64,000 bases of DNA, taken from Escherichia coli. GTDB lineage: Bacteria; Pseudomonadota; Gammaproteobacteria; Enterobacterales; Enterobacteriaceae. A program made the position numbers and the translations under genes. The notes below the pieces were generated by a model. It was given only the letters and a program-made list of their open reading frames with translations. It searched no databases and was not told the DNA's origin. Positions 45,232-57,792 of the stretch are shown here, piece by piece (positions within the stretch are counted from its first letter, which is position 1; each line of letters begins with the position of its first letter). Location: NCBI RefSeq assembly GCF_009931435.1, contig NZ_CP043414.1; one strand, given 5' to 3'.

Positions 45232-46680
45232 TTACGGACGATACACCTTCACATTGTTAAAGCCCTGCTCGCGCAGATAGAGCGCCTGCAGGCGGCTCAT
45301 CACCCCGCGCTCACACCACAACAGCCAGGTTTTGTTCTGGTCGAGATCGCCAAATTTGGTGCTCAGTTTATAGAACGGCAGAGAAACCACGTCGATACCT
45401 TCAACTCTCAGCGGCTTATCTTCTTGTTCATCAACAGAACGGATATCGAGGATCACGTCGTTCGGGCCGAAGCCGTTGACGGTTTCCACTTCCACCACTT
45501 CCTGCTCGGTCTGCTGAGCGATTTCGCGGATATCAACGTTATTCGCTTCCTCAACCACTTTATCGAGAATGCTGAAGTCGAACTTCTCTTCTTCCGCTTC
45601 AATCTTCGATTTAACCGCTTTCACCGTCGGGCTTTTGGAGATAACACCGCAGTATTCCGGCATGGTGCGGGCAAAATCTTCGGTGCCAATCTGGCGAGCC
45701 AGGTTGATGATGTGCTCTTTGTCGTAAGAGATCAGCGGACGCAGGATCAGCGTATCGGAGACGTTATCAATCAGGCGCAGGTTGGTTAGCGTCTGGCTGG
45801 ACACCTGTCCCAGCGCTTCGCCGGTGACGAGCGCCTGTACGCCGTAACGTTCAGCCACTTTAGACGCGGCACGCACCATCATACGTTTGAGAATTACGCC
45901 CATCTGACCGTCGTCGATTTTCTCGAGAATTTCACCGACGACCGGCTCAAAGTTAATGGCGACAAAACGCACGCGGTGGGAGCTACCAAAACGGTTCCAC
46001 AGATAATGCGCCACCTGACGAACACCAATTTCATGCGCCGCGCCGCCGAGATTAAAGAAGCAGTAATGCACGCGGCAGCCGCGACGCATCAACATATAAC
46101 TGGAAACACCGGAGTCGAAACCACCGGAAATAAGCGACAGCACATCTTCCTGGGTGCCGATTGGGAATCCGCCAATACCTTCGTAACGACCTTTAATCAG
46201 CAGGAGACGATCGTCTTCAACTTCCAGATGGACAGTCACATCCGGATTGGTCAGCTTCACGCGCGCGGATTCAATATGCTGATTTAAACCGCCGCCGACG
46301 TAACGTTCCACATCAATCGAGCTAAACTCATGTTTACCACGGCGCTTCACGCGTACGCAGAAGGTTTTACCTTCCAGCTGATCGCGATACTGAACCAACG
46401 CTTTCTCAAAAATATCGTGCATGTCGGTAAACGGCACGTCTTCGACTTCGAGAATATGGTGGATACCCGGAATACGGGTCAGGGCGTCGCGAATAGCCAG
46501 ACGCTGGCTTTCATCTTTTGCGCGAACTTCGATGTTATCCCAGTGGCGGACGACAGCGAGTGTCTCATCATAGTGCTTTAAAACGTTACGAATGTTCCCG
46601 GTAAGGATTTTTATAAAGCGCAAGCGCACAGATTGGCTTTTGATGGTGATTTCCGGGAACAATTTAATGATAAACTTCAT
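45232..46680 (-). CDS. thiI: tRNA 4-thiouridine synthase / thiazole biosynthesis sulfur carrier ThiI (482 aa)
   Basis: [38 protein letters not shown]...; C-terminal rhodanese domain. Confidence 0.97.
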   Translation of the reverse strand: MKFIIKLFPEITIKSQSVRLRFIKILTGNIRNVLKHYDETLAVVRHWDNIEVRAKDESQRLAIRDALTRIPGIHHILEVEDVPFTDMHDIFEKALVQYRDQLEGKTFCVRVKRRGKHEFSSIDVERYVGGGLNQHIESARVKLTNPDVTVHLEVEDDRLLLIKGRYEGIGGFPIGTQEDVLSLISGGFDSGVSSYMLMRRGCRVHYCFFNLGGAAHEIGVRQVAHYLWNRFGSSHRVRFVAINFEPVVGEILEKIDDGQMGVILKRMMVRAASKVAERYGVQALVTGEALGQVSSQTLTNLRLIDNVSDTLILRPLISYDKEHIINLARQIGTEDFARTMPEYCGVISKSPTVKAVKSKIEAEEEKFDFSILDKVVEEANNVDIREIAQQTEQEVVEVETVNGFGPNDVILDIRSVDEQEDKPLRVEGIDVVSLPFYKLSTKFGDLDQNKTWLLWCERGVMSRLQALYLREQGFNNVKVYRP

Positions 46681-46885
46681 GGCGGCAATGGTTCGTTGGC
46701 AAGTCTTAAGCGACTTGTATAGGGAAAAATACAGCAGCCCACACCTGCGGCTGCATCCAGGCGCGGAAGTATACCACTAACATCGCTTTGCTGCGCACAT
46801 CACCTTACCATTGCGCGTTATTTGCTATTTGCCCTGAGTCCGTTACCATGACGGGGCGAAAAATATTGAGAGTCAGACATTCATT

Positions 46886-47128
46886 ATGCCGAAGAAAAAT
46901 GAGGCGCCCGCCAGCTTTGAAAAGGCGCTGAGCGAGCTGGAACAGATTGTAACCCGTCTGGAAAGTGGCGACCTGCCGCTGGAAGAGGCGCTGAACGAGT
47001 TCGAACGTGGCGTGCAGCTGGCACGTCAGGGGCAGGCCAAATTACAACAAGCCGAACAGCGCGTACAAATTCTGCTGTCTGACAATGAAGACGCCTCTTT
47101 AACTCCTTTTACACCGGACAATGAGTAA
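46886..47128 (+). CDS. xseB: Exodeoxyribonuclease VII small subunit XseB (80 aa)
   Basis: [67 protein letters not shown]... Confidence 0.97.
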
Positions 47129-48027
47129 TGGACTTTCCGCAGCAACTCGAAGCCTGCGTTAAGCAGGCCAACCAGGCGCTGAGCCGTTTTATTGCCCCAC
47201 TGCCCTTTCAGAACACTCCCGTGGTCGAAACCATGCAGTATGGCGCATTATTAGGTGGTAAGCGCCTGCGACCGTTCCTGGTTTATGCCACCGGCCATAT
47301 GTTCGGCGTTAGCACAAACACGCTGGACGCACCCGCTGCCGCCGTGGAGTGTATCCACGCGTATTCATTAATTCATGATGATTTACCGGCAATGGATGAT
47401 GACGATCTGCGTCGCGGTTTGCCGACCTGCCATGTGAAGTTTGGCGAAGCAAACGCGATTCTCGCTGGCGACGCTTTACAAACGCTGGCGTTCTCGATTT
47501 TAAGTGATGCCGATATGCCGGAAGTGTCGGATCGCGACAGAATTTCGATGATTTCTGAACTGGCGAGCGCCAGCGGTATTGGCGGAATGTGCGGTGGTCA
47601 GGCATTAGATTTAGATGCGGAAGGCAAACACGTACCTCTGGACGCACTCGAGCGTATTCATCGCCATAAAACCGGCGCATTAATTCGCGCCGCCGTTCGT
47701 CTTGGTGCATTAAGCGCCGGAGATAAAGGACGTCGTGCTCTGCCAATTCTCGACAAGTACGCAGAGAGCATCGGCCTTGCCTTCCAGGTTCAGGATGACA
47801 TCCTGGATGTGGTGGGAGATACTGCAACGTTGGGTAAACGCCAGGGTGCCGACCAGCAACTTGGTAAAAGTACCTACCCTGCACTTCTGGGTCTTGAGCA
47901 AGCCCGGAAGAAAGCCCAGGATCTGATCGACGATGCCCGCCAGTCGCTAAAACAACTGGCTGAACAGTCACTCGATACCTCGGCACTGGAAGCGCTAGCG
48001 GACTACATCATCCAGCGTAATAAATAA
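47128..48027 (+). CDS. ispA: Farnesyl diphosphate synthase IspA (299 aa)
   Basis: [34 protein letters not shown]... with the two aspartate-rich motifs (LIHDDLPAMDDDDLRRG; FQVQDDILD); TAATG overlap with xseB. Confidence 0.97.
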   Translation: MDFPQQLEACVKQANQALSRFIAPLPFQNTPVVETMQYGALLGGKRLRPFLVYATGHMFGVSTNTLDAPAAAVECIHAYSLIHDDLPAMDDDDLRRGLPTCHVKFGEANAILAGDALQTLAFSILSDADMPEVSDRDRISMISELASASGIGGMCGGQALDLDAEGKHVPLDALERIHRHKTGALIRAAVRLGALSAGDKGRRALPILDKYAESIGLAFQVQDDILDVVGDTATLGKRQGADQQLGKSTYPALLGLEQARKKAQDLIDDARQSLKQLAEQSLDTSALEALADYIIQRNK

Positions 48028-48051
48028 ACAATAAGTATTAATAGGCCCCTG

Positions 48052-49914
48052 ATGAGTTTTGATATTGCCAAATACCCGACCCTGGCACTGGTCGACTCCA
48101 CCCAGGAGTTACGACTGTTGCCAAAAGAGAGTTTACCGAAACTCTGCGACGAACTGCGCCGCTATTTACTCGACAGCGTGAGCCGTTCCAGCGGGCACTT
48201 CGCCTCCGGGCTGGGCACGGTCGAGCTGACCGTAGCGCTGCACTACGTCTATAACACCCCGTTTGACCAATTGATTTGGGATGTGGGGCATCAGGCTTAT
48301 CCGCATAAAATTTTGACCGGACGCCGCGACAAAATAGGCACCATCCGTCAAAAAGGCGGCCTGCACCCGTTCCCGTGGCGCGGCGAAAGTGAATATGACG
48401 TGTTAAGCGTCGGGCATTCATCAACCTCTATCAGTGCCGGAATTGGTATTGCGGTTGCTGCCGAGAAAGAAGGCAAAAATCGCCGCACCGTCTGTGTTAT
48501 AGGCGATGGCGCGATTACTGCTGGCATGGCGTTTGAAGCGATGAATCACGCGGGCGACATCCGCCCGGACATGCTGGTTATTCTCAACGACAACGAAATG
48601 TCGATTTCCGAAAATGTTGGCGCGCTCAACAACCATCTGGCGCAGCTGCTTTCCGGCAAGCTTTACTCTTCACTGCGCGAGGGCGGGAAAAAAGTATTCT
48701 CCGGCGTTCCGCCCATTAAAGAGCTGCTCAAACGTACCGAAGAACATATTAAAGGCATGGTAGTACCAGGCACGCTGTTTGAAGAGCTGGGCTTTAACTA
48801 CATCGGCCCGGTTGACGGTCACGATGTGCTGGGGCTTATCACCACGCTTAAGAACATGCGCGACCTGAAAGGCCCGCAGTTCCTGCATATCATGACCAAA
48901 AAAGGTCGTGGTTACGAACCGGCAGAAAAAGATCCAATCACCTTCCACGCCGTGCCTAAATTTGACCCCTCCAGCGGTTGCCTGCCGAAAAGCAGCGGCG
49001 GCCTGCCAAGCTATTCAAAAATTTTTGGCGACTGGTTGTGCGAAACCGCAGCAAAAGACAACAAGCTGATGGCGATTACCCCGGCGATGCGCGAAGGTTC
49101 AGGCATGGTCGAGTTTTCACGTAAATTCCCGGATCGCTACTTCGACGTGGCAATCGCCGAGCAACACGCAGTGACCTTTGCTGCGGGTCTGGCGATTGGT
49201 GGCTACAAACCGATCGTGGCAATTTATTCCACTTTCCTGCAACGTGCCTATGATCAGGTGCTGCATGACGTGGCGATTCAAAAGCTCCCGGTCCTGTTCG
49301 CCATCGACCGCGCGGGCATTGTTGGTGCTGACGGTCAAACCCACCAGGGCGCTTTTGATCTCTCATACCTGCGCTGCATTCCGGAAATGGTCATTATGAC
49401 CCCGAGCGATGAAAACGAATGTCGCCAGATGCTCTATACCGGCTATCACTATAACGATGGCCCGTCAGCGGTGCGCTATCCGCGCGGCAACGCCGTTGGC
49501 GTTGAACTGACGCCACTGGAAAAACTGCCAATTGGCAAAGGCATTGTGAAGCGTCGTGGCGAGAAACTGGCGATCCTCAACTTTGGTACGCTGATGCCGG
49601 AAGCAGCGAAAGTCGCAGAATCGCTGAACGCTACGCTGGTCGATATGCGTTTTGTGAAGCCGCTTGATGAAGCGTTAATTCTGGAAATGGCCGCCAGCCA
49701 CGAGGCGCTGATCACCATTGAAGAAAACGCCATTATGGGCGGCGCAGGCAGCGGCGTGAACGAAGTGCTGATGGCCCATCGTAAACCAGTACCCGTGCTG
49801 AATATTGGCCTGCCGGACTTCTTTATTCCACAAGGAACGCAGGAAGAAATGCGCGCTGAACTCGGCCTCGATGCCGCCGGTATGGAAGCCAAAATCAAAA
49901 CCTGGCTGGCATAA
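48052..49914 (+). CDS. dxs: 1-deoxy-D-xylulose-5-phosphate synthase Dxs (620 aa)
   Basis: [58 protein letters not shown]... Confidence 0.98.
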   Translation: MSFDIAKYPTLALVDSTQELRLLPKESLPKLCDELRRYLLDSVSRSSGHFASGLGTVELTVALHYVYNTPFDQLIWDVGHQAYPHKILTGRRDKIGTIRQKGGLHPFPWRGESEYDVLSVGHSSTSISAGIGIAVAAEKEGKNRRTVCVIGDGAITAGMAFEAMNHAGDIRPDMLVILNDNEMSISENVGALNNHLAQLLSGKLYSSLREGGKKVFSGVPPIKELLKRTEEHIKGMVVPGTLFEELGFNYIGPVDGHDVLGLITTLKNMRDLKGPQFLHIMTKKGRGYEPAEKDPITFHAVPKFDPSSGCLPKSSGGLPSYSKIFGDWLCETAAKDNKLMAITPAMREGSGMVEFSRKFPDRYFDVAIAEQHAVTFAAGLAIGGYKPIVAIYSTFLQRAYDQVLHDVAIQKLPVLFAIDRAGIVGADGQTHQGAFDLSYLRCIPEMVIMTPSDENECRQMLYTGYHYNDGPSAVRYPRGNAVGVELTPLEKLPIGKGIVKRRGEKLAILNFGTLMPEAAKVAESLNATLVDMRFVKPLDEALILEMAASHEALITIEENAIMGGAGSGVNEVLMAHRKPVPVLNIGLPDFFIPQGTQEEMRAELGLDAAGMEAKIKTWLA

Positions 49915-49921
49915 TCCCTAC

Positions 49922-50078
49922 TCCACTCCTGCTATGCTTAAGAAATTATTCATAGACTCTAAATAATTCGAGTTGCAGGAAGGCGGCAAACGAGTGAAGC
50001 CCCAGGAGCTTACATAAGTAAGTGACTGGGGTGAACGAATGCAGCCGCAGCACATGCAACTTGAAGTATGACGAGTAT
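49922..50078. repeat. ERIC / IRU element between dxs and yajO
   Basis: Contains gtgaagccccaggagcttacat-aagtaagtgactggggtgaacg, matching the ERIC1R and ERIC2 consensus cores; boundaries approximate. Confidence 0.6.
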
Positions 50079-50093
50079 GGCAGGAGTGGCAGC

Positions 50094-51068
50094 ATGCAAT
50101 ACAACCCCTTAGGAAAAACCGACCTTCGCATTTCCCGACTTTGCCTCGGCTGTATGACCTTTGGTGAGCCGGATCGCGGTAATCACGCATGGACACTGCC
50201 CGAAGAGAGCAGCCGTCCCATCATTAAACGCGCGCTGGAAGGCGGCATAAATTTCTTTGATACCGCCAATAGTTATTCTGACGGCAGCAGCGAAGAGATC
50301 GTCGGTCGTGCACTGCGGGACTTTGCCCGTCGTGAAGACGTGGTCGTTGCAACTAAAGTGTTCCATCACGTTGGTGATTTGCCGGAAGGATTATCCCGTG
50401 CGCAAATTTTGCGCTCTATTGACGACAGCTTGCGACGTCTCGGCATGGATTATGTCGATATCCTGCAAATTCATCGCTGGGATTACAACACGCCGATCGA
50501 AGACACGCTGGAAGCCCTGAACGATGTGGTAAAATCCGGGAAAGCGCGTTATATCGGCGCGTCATCCATGCACGCCTCGCAGTTTGCTCAGGCGCTGGAA
50601 CTGCAAAAACAGCACGGCTGGGCGCAGTTTGTCAGTATGCAGGATCACTACAATCTGATTTATCGCGAAGAAGAACGAGAGATGCTGCCGCTGTGTTATC
50701 AGGAAGGCGTGGCGGTGATTCCGTGGAGTCCGCTGGCGCGGGGACGTCTGACGCGTCCGTGGGGAGAAACCACCGCGCGGCTGGTGTCGGATGAAGTGGG
50801 GAAAAATCTCTACCAAGAAAGCGATGAAAATGACGCGCAGATCGCAGAACGGTTAACAGGCGTCAGTGAAGAACTGGGGGCAACGCGAGCACAAGTCGCG
50901 CTGGCATGGTTGTTGAGCAAACCTGGCATTGCCGCACCAATTATCGGTACATCGCGGGAAGAACAACTTGATGAATTGCTGAACGCGGTGGATATCACCT
51001 TGAAGCCGGAACAGATTGCTGAACTGGAAACGCCGTATAAACCGCATCCGGTCGTAGGATTTAAATAG
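50094..51068 (+). CDS. yajO: Aldo-keto reductase family oxidoreductase YajO (324 aa)
   Basis: ORF 50022..51068 trimmed to ATG 50094 (MQYNPLGKTDLRISRLCLGCMTFGEPDRGNHAWTLPEE...). Confidence 0.93.
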   Translation: MQYNPLGKTDLRISRLCLGCMTFGEPDRGNHAWTLPEESSRPIIKRALEGGINFFDTANSYSDGSSEEIVGRALRDFARREDVVVATKVFHHVGDLPEGLSRAQILRSIDDSLRRLGMDYVDILQIHRWDYNTPIEDTLEALNDVVKSGKARYIGASSMHASQFAQALELQKQHGWAQFVSMQDHYNLIYREEEREMLPLCYQEGVAVIPWSPLARGRLTRPWGETTARLVSDEVGKNLYQESDENDAQIAERLTGVSEELGATRAQVALAWLLSKPGIAAPIIGTSREEQLDELLNAVDITLKPEQIAELETPYKPHPVVGFK

Positions 51069-51076
51069 GAATCCAG

Positions 51077-51109
51077 GCCTGATGAGACGTGACAAGCGTC
51101 ACATCAGGC
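51077..51109. repeat. REP-like palindrome between yajO and pgpA
   Basis: gcctgatgagacgtgacaagcgtcacatcaggc imperfect palindrome. Confidence 0.45.
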
Positions 51110-51121
51110 ATCGGTGCACAG

Positions 51122-51640
51122 CTACGACAGAATACCCAGCGGCCAGTGATGACCAATAAAGTACAGGATGCCTGCGGAAATCACCCCGGCGACGATATCA
51201 TCTATCATGATCCCCATGCCGCCATGCACATTGCGATCAAACCAGCGGATCGGCCACGGTTTCCACATATCCAGAATACGGAAAATCACAAACCCGGCGG
51301 CGACCCACTGCCAGTCATTGGTCGGCAATGCCATGAGCGTGATCCACATGCCGATAAATTCGTCCCAGACAATGCTGCCGTGATCATGCACGCCCATATC
51401 TTTTGCGGTCTGATGACAAAGATAGACGCCAATACAGATCCCCAGCATGACTACCAGTGAATAGAGCTGCCAGGGCAAAAAGGTCATCAGATACCAGAAC
51501 GGAATCGCCGCCAGCGACCCCATCGTGCCTGGAACAATTGGGCTTAATCCACTACCAAATCCAACAGCAAGCAGATGCCACGGATTACTCAGCTTAAGGC
51601 GACTTTTCGCGACATCTTTATGGCGTGGCAAAATGGTCAT
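51122..51640 (-). CDS. pgpA: Phosphatidylglycerophosphatase A PgpA (172 aa)
   Basis: ORF 51122..51676 trimmed to ATG at 51640 ([16 protein letters not shown]...); membrane protein. Confidence 0.93.
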   Translation of the reverse strand: MTILPRHKDVAKSRLKLSNPWHLLAVGFGSGLSPIVPGTMGSLAAIPFWYLMTFLPWQLYSLVVMLGICIGVYLCHQTAKDMGVHDHGSIVWDEFIGMWITLMALPTNDWQWVAAGFVIFRILDMWKPWPIRWFDRNVHGGMGIMIDDIVAGVISAGILYFIGHHWPLGILS

Positions 51641-52595
51641 ATCCTTTCCAGTCAAATGTGACAGGTTCGCCGTCACGAATAAAACAAAGCCCTTCGATAT
51701 CGGCAGTCATTTGCCCGATACAGGTAAACGGTACGCCCAGATGTCCGAGAGCCACATCCAGCGCGCCACGGTTAAGCTCTGGCACAGTGAAACACAACTC
51801 GTAATCTTCACCGCCAGAGAGCGCCCAGCGCAGCGCCTGTTCCGGCTCAACATGGCGAGAAAGCGCATCAGAAAACGGCAGCAATGCCAGGTCAATACGT
51901 GCGCCGCAGTCGCTGGCTTTCACGATATGCCCGAGATCAGAAATCAGACCGTCAGAGAGATCGATAGCTGAATTTGCCAGATCACGCAAAGCCTGTCCCT
52001 GTAAAATACGCGGCGACGGACGGAGATGACGTTTGATCAAGTAGTCCGCATCTTTAGCATCGGCAACCTGCAAACGGTTTTGCAATATCGCCAGCCCGGC
52101 GGCGCTATCGCCCGGTGTACCGGTCACATAGATCCAGTCACCCGGTTTCGCCCCAGAGCGCGTTAAGGCTCGTCCCATCGGAACAAAGCCGTGGATACCC
52201 AACGTCATTGATAATGGCCCACGCGTGGTATCGCCGCCAATAAGTTGCATATCGTAATAATTGAGAAGATCAAACAAACTGTCGCTGAAGGACTCAAGCC
52301 ACGCTTCATCGACGTCCGGTAAGGTTAATGCCAGCGTTAGCCAGGCCGGATCGGCCCCCATCGCTGCCAGATCGCTTAGGTTCACCGCCAGTGCTTTATA
52401 CGCCAGATCCGCAGGATCGATATCAGGGAGGAAATGGTTGCCCGCCACCAGCGTATCAGTGCTGATCGCCAGGGTCTGTTTCTCGGGGATATTGAGAAGT
52501 GCGCAATCGTCGCCAATGCCCAGTTCGACATCAAGACGAGAACTTCTTACACGGTCAAAATAACGGGCAATCAGGGAGAACTCGCCACATGCCAT
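51618..52595 (-). CDS. thiL: Thiamine-monophosphate kinase ThiL (325 aa)
   Basis: [38 protein letters not shown]...; 23-nt overlap with the pgpA start. Confidence 0.95.
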   Translation of the reverse strand: MACGEFSLIARYFDRVRSSRLDVELGIGDDCALLNIPEKQTLAISTDTLVAGNHFLPDIDPADLAYKALAVNLSDLAAMGADPAWLTLALTLPDVDEAWLESFSDSLFDLLNYYDMQLIGGDTTRGPLSMTLGIHGFVPMGRALTRSGAKPGDWIYVTGTPGDSAAGLAILQNRLQVADAKDADYLIKRHLRPSPRILQGQALRDLANSAIDLSDGLISDLGHIVKASDCGARIDLALLPFSDALSRHVEPEQALRWALSGGEDYELCFTVPELNRGALDVALGHLGVPFTCIGQMTADIEGLCFIRDGEPVTFDWKGYDHFATP

Positions 52596-52672
52596 ACGTT
52601 ATGCCTCAGCAGGTAAAAAAGAAAAGGCCGGCGATCGCGGAACGGTCTTCCGTGAATCTACCGGCCTGGATA

Positions 52673-53092
52673 TCACTTTTTGTTAGGGCGAATCACAGGT
52701 GCTGCTTTATCGAGTACGCCGTTGACGAACTTATGGCTGTCTTCTGCGCCGAACGATTTTGCCAGTTCGATCGCTTCGTTAATGGCCACTTTGTATGGCA
52801 CATCGCTACGTTTAGACAGCTCGTACAGCGCAATGCGCAGTACAGCTTTTTCTACCTGGCCCAGTTCTTCCAGCAGGCGGGACAGGTATGGCTTCATCAG
52901 TCCGTCGAGGTATGCGGTGTTAGTCGCCACCCCGGCCAGCAGCTCACGGAAGTACAGGACGTCAACATCTTTTACATCCTGTTCAGCCAGGAACTGGTAT
53001 TCAACATCAGCGATGTCGTTCTGGGACAACTGCCAGGAGTAGAGCGCCTGGACGGCACACTCACGAGCGCGGCGACGAGCAGCAGGTTTCAC
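52673..53092 (-). CDS. nusB: Transcription antitermination factor NusB (139 aa)
   Basis: [47 protein letters not shown]... Confidence 0.97.
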
Positions 53093-53111
53093 GGATTTCC
53101 CCTTACTAATT

Positions 53112-53582
53112 TCAGGCCTTGATGGCTTTCAATACATTAATCATTTCAAGCGCGGTCAGTGCAGCTTCTGCACCTTTGTTGCCAGCTTTGGTGCCAGCAC
53201 GTTCGATCGCTTGTTCAATGCTTTCAGTGGTCAGAACACCAAAAGCAACCGGAATTTCGCTGTCCTGGGCAACATGCGCCAGGCCGTTGCTTGCACCACC
53301 AGCGACATATTCAAAGTGGGCAGTGCCACCACGAATAACCGTACCCAGCGCAATCACCGCGTCATATTTACCGGTTTTAGCCAGTGCACCCGCCGCCAGC
53401 GGCAGCTCATAGGCACCAGGCACCCAAACAACGGTAATGTTTTCATCTTTTACCTGACCGATACGTTTCAGTGCGTCAATTGCACCTTCCAGCAGGCTGT
53501 CATTGATAAAGTTGTTGAAACGCGCGATGGTGATGGCGACGCGAGCGTCCGGGGTAGCAACGTTAGCTTCAATAATGTTCAT
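53112..53582 (-). CDS. ribE: 6,7-dimethyl-8-ribityllumazine synthase RibE/RibH (156 aa)
   Basis: ORF 53112..53678 trimmed to ATG at 53582 ([40 protein letters not shown]...). Confidence 0.95.
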
Positions 53583-53670
53583 TTTCTTCCTTCGGGTTCG
53601 AGTATGGCCCCGCAGGGGGGCGGATTTTAGCATAATATTTCGTGCGCTGCTTCCCTTTCGAGCCGGGAGA

Positions 53671-54774
53671 TCATGCACCCACTAAATGCAGGCAAACATC
53701 CGGGCCTACATGACGTATCTCTTTGAATTTAAATTGGGGGGCGTCGGCTAATTTCTCAAGTCCTGGCAGCGTGCATAATCCACGGGCGTCGTTGCCTAAT
53801 AGTTTAGGTGCGATATAGACAATCAGCTCATCAACTAAACCAGCCTGTAGCAATGCGCCAGCGAGCGTTGGCCCAGCTTCCACCCAGATGCTATTAATCT
53901 GCTGTTTACCCAGTTGCATCATCAATACAACCAGATCCAGATGACCTTTATGCTCTGGAATCAGCAAGGTTCGCACCGTTTCCGGCCACTCGCGAGAATC
54001 TTCCTGCGTACGCGCGAACCAGGTTTCGCCAGACTGCTGCACAATACGGTGTTCCGGCGTCACGCGATTTTGGCTATCAATCACAATACGTACTGGCTGG
54101 CGGAGATTTTGTTGCGGATAGAGCGCCTGAGTTTGTTCATCCAGTTCAGACCAACGCACCGTTAAGGCTGGATCGTCCGCCATGACTGTTGCGCTGCTGG
54201 TTAAAATGGCATGACTTTGCGCACGCAGACGTTGTACATCGCGTCGCGCCTGAGGAGACGTGATCCACTGGCTCTCACCGCTCGCCATCGCCGTGCGACC
54301 ATCAAGCGACGCGCCAAGTTTTAACTGGATATAAGGAAAGCCGGTGCGCATGCGCTTGAGAAAGCCTTTATTCAATTGCTCGGCTTCACTCATCATCAGG
54401 CCGTGGCTGACGTCAATGCCAGCCTGTTGCAAACGATAAAGTCCACGCCCAGCGACCTGCGGGTTAGGATCCTGCATCGCGGCAACCACGCGCGTGACAC
54501 CCGCAGCAATCAACGCATCGCAACATGGCGGCGTACGACCATGATGGCTACAGGGTTCGAGTGTGACATACGCCGTTGCGCCTTTGGCTTTTTCGCCGGC
54601 CATGCGCAACGCGTGTACCTCGGCATGCGGTTCACCCGCTCGTTGATGGTAACCTTCACCGACAATTTCGCCATCTTTGACAATGACGCACCCGACATTC
54701 GGGTTGGGATGCGTGGTAAAACGTCCTCGTTGCGCCAGCTTTAGCGCCCGCGCCATGTAATACTCGTCCTGCAC
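53671..54774 (-). CDS. ribD: Bifunctional riboflavin biosynthesis deaminase/reductase RibD (367 aa)
   Basis: [59 protein letters not shown] (CMP/dCMP deaminase zinc motif). Confidence 0.97.
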
Positions 54775-54777
54775 GGC

Positions 54778-55263
<486 letters not shown>

Positions 55264-55377
55264 TTACCCTGAACTGACGATACAACAAAGGCGCAACGCT
55301 TTTGAGATAAAGGATCGATGCTTTCGCTGCTTTTACCCTCTACCATTAGGCTAATTGCGACGAGAAAGGGACGACCT

Positions 55378-55917
55378 ATGAATACTAACGTTTTTCGACT
55401 GCTCCTGCTGGGAAGCCTGTTCAGCCTTAGCGCCTGTGTGCAGCAAAGCGAAGTGCGACAGATGAAACACAGCGTCAGCACACTGAACCAGGAGATGACG
55501 CAACTCAATAAAGAAACGGTCAAAATCACTCAGCAAAACAGGCTGAATGCAAAATCCAGCAGTGGGGTTTACCTTCTGCCTGGAGCGAAAACACCAGCAA
55601 GACTGGAAAGCCAGATCGGTACTTTACGTATGTCGCTGGTGAATATTACGCCTGATACAGATGGCACCACCCTGACGCTACGTATTCAGGGCGAGTCGAA
55701 TGATCCCTTGCCCGCATTCAGCGGAACTGTTGAATATGGACAAATTCAGGGAACAATAGACAACTTTCAGGAAATCAATGTGCAGAATCAATTGATTAAC
55801 GCCCCTGCCAGCGTCCTCGCCCCCAGCGATGTTGATATTCCGTTACAGTTAAAGGGTATTTCTGTGGATCAGTTAGGCTTTGTACGTATCCACGACATTC
55901 AACCTGTTATGCAGTAA
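55378..55917 (+). CDS. yajI: Lipoprotein YajI (179 aa)
   Basis: ORF 55318..55917 trimmed to ATG 55378 (MNTNVFRLLLLGSLFSLSACVQQSEV, lipobox LSAC). Confidence 0.9.
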   Translation: MNTNVFRLLLLGSLFSLSACVQQSEVRQMKHSVSTLNQEMTQLNKETVKITQQNRLNAKSSSGVYLLPGAKTPARLESQIGTLRMSLVNITPDTDGTTLTLRIQGESNDPLPAFSGTVEYGQIQGTIDNFQEINVQNQLINAPASVLAPSDVDIPLQLKGISVDQLGFVRIHDIQPVMQ

Positions 55918-56214
55918 ACGTATCGCGGGGCGTTTTGTGCGTCCCGCAACATCTTTCCCCGTCATTTTGTTACTCTGCTTACATCACCCAGATTGATAGT
56001 AAAAGTTTGCAACAAGGGTGAAAGTCAGTACAATCCCCGCCCGAATGTGTGTAAACGTGAACGCAATCGATTACGTAAATGATAGAACTGTGAAACGAAA
56101 CATATTTTTGTGAGCAATGATTTTTATAATAGGCTCCTCTGTATACGAAATATTTAGAAACGCAATTTGCGCCTTTTTCACTCCCGCAAGGGATTTTCAA
56201 ACAGTGGCATACAT

Positions 56215-57099
56215 ATGAAAAAAACATTACTGGCAGCCGGTGCGGTACTGGCGCTCTCTTCGTCTTTTACTGTCAACGCAGCTGAAAACGACAAACCGCA
56301 GTATCTTTCCGACTGGTGGCACCAGAGCGTTAACGTTGTCGGAAGCTATCACACCCGTTTCGGACCGCAGATCCGCAACGATACCTACCTTGAGTACGAA
56401 GCATTCGCTAAAAAAGACTGGTTCGACTTCTATGGGTATGCGGATGCGCCGGTATTCTTCGGCGGTAACTCCGATGCAAAAGGTATCTGGAACCACGGTT
56501 CCCCGCTGTTTATGGAAATCGAACCACGTTTCTCCATCGACAAGCTGACCAATACTGACCTTAGCTTTGGTCCGTTCAAAGAGTGGTACTTCGCGAACAA
56601 CTACATTTACGACATGGGTCGTAATAAAGATGGTCGCCAGAGCACCTGGTACATGGGTCTGGGTACCGATATCGATACTGGCCTGCCGATGAGCCTGTCC
56701 ATGAACGTGTATGCAAAATACCAGTGGCAGAACTATGGCGCAGCGAACGAAAACGAGTGGGACGGTTACCGTTTCAAAATTAAATACTTTGTGCCGATTA
56801 CCGATCTGTGGGGTGGTCAGCTGAGCTACATCGGCTTCACCAACTTCGACTGGGGTTCCGATTTAGGGGATGACAGCGGTAACGCAATCAACGGTATTAA
56901 GACCCGTACCAATAACTCCATCGCTTCCAGCCATATTCTGGCTCTGAACTACGATCACTGGCACTACTCTGTCGTAGCTCGTTACTGGCACGACGGTGGT
57001 CAGTGGAACGACGATGCAGAACTGAACTTCGGCAACGGCAACTTCAACGTTCGCTCTACCGGCTGGGGTGGCTACCTGGTAGTAGGTTACAACTTCTGA
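56215..57099 (+). CDS. tsx: Nucleoside-specific outer membrane channel Tsx (294 aa)
   Basis: ORF 56167..57099 trimmed to ATG 56215 ([46 protein letters not shown]...), C-terminal ...GYNF. Confidence 0.97.
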
Positions 57100-57106
57100 T
57101 GAATGA

Positions 57107-57134
57107 AATGCCGGATCTTGTATCCGGCATTTCA
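57107..57134 (+). terminator. Hairpin directly after tsx (probable terminator)
   Basis: aaatgccggat-cttgt-atccggcattt perfect hairpin just after the tsx stop; weak T-run. Confidence 0.55.
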
Positions 57135-57310
<176 letters not shown>

Positions 57311-57316
57311 TTTTTA

Positions 57317-57664
57317 TCACTTCTTCTTATTCATCATCGCTTTTAAATCAGCGAATGGGTTGTACTTCGCTTCACCGACATCTTTCTGCGCATCTTCCCC
57401 TGCGATAACGGTCGTACCATACTGATCCGCTTCGGTATATTTCGAATGCTCATGATCGTGGCAATAGAGACACAACAATTCCCAGTTACTGCCATCTTCC
57501 GGGTTATTAGTATGGTCGTGATCGATATGGTGAACGGTAAGTTCACGCAGATTGGAGTAGACAAACTCGCGGGAGCAGCGTCCACACACCCACGGATAGA
57601 TTTTTAATGCTTTTTCGCGATAGCCGCTTTCTAACCGCGCATAATTTTTTGGGATGATAGCCAT
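57317..57664 (-). CDS. yajD: HNH nuclease-family protein YajD (115 aa)
   Basis: ORF MAIIPKNYARLESGYREKALKIYPWVCGRCSREFVYSNLRELTVHHIDHDHTNNPEDGSNWELLCLYCHDHEH. Confidence 0.93.
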   Translation of the reverse strand: MAIIPKNYARLESGYREKALKIYPWVCGRCSREFVYSNLRELTVHHIDHDHTNNPEDGSNWELLCLYCHDHEHSKYTEADQYGTTVIAGEDAQKDVGEAKYNPFADLKAMMNKKK

Positions 57665-57740
57665 GAGAAGTTACCTGGATGAAATGTAGGGTTAGGCGCA
57701 GTTTCCCAAGATGCGAGGGTTTTCGCAATCACCTTACATC

Positions 57741-57773
57741 AAAAAAAATCCCGATCTTCTGACCGGGATTTTC
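57741..57773 (-). terminator. Rho-independent terminator of the yajC-secDF operon
   Basis: Minus strand aaatcccggtcagaagatcgggatttttttt just downstream of the secF stop. Confidence 0.65.
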
Positions 57774-57792
57774 AACATCAGCTGAAACTTGA

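Noticed and set aside
55979-56227. 82-aa Cys-rich ORF on the minus strand upstream of tsx
   Set aside because: It lies in the tsx promoter region, which is densely occupied by regulatory sites in K-12, has no RBS and no family resemblance; likely a chance ORF.
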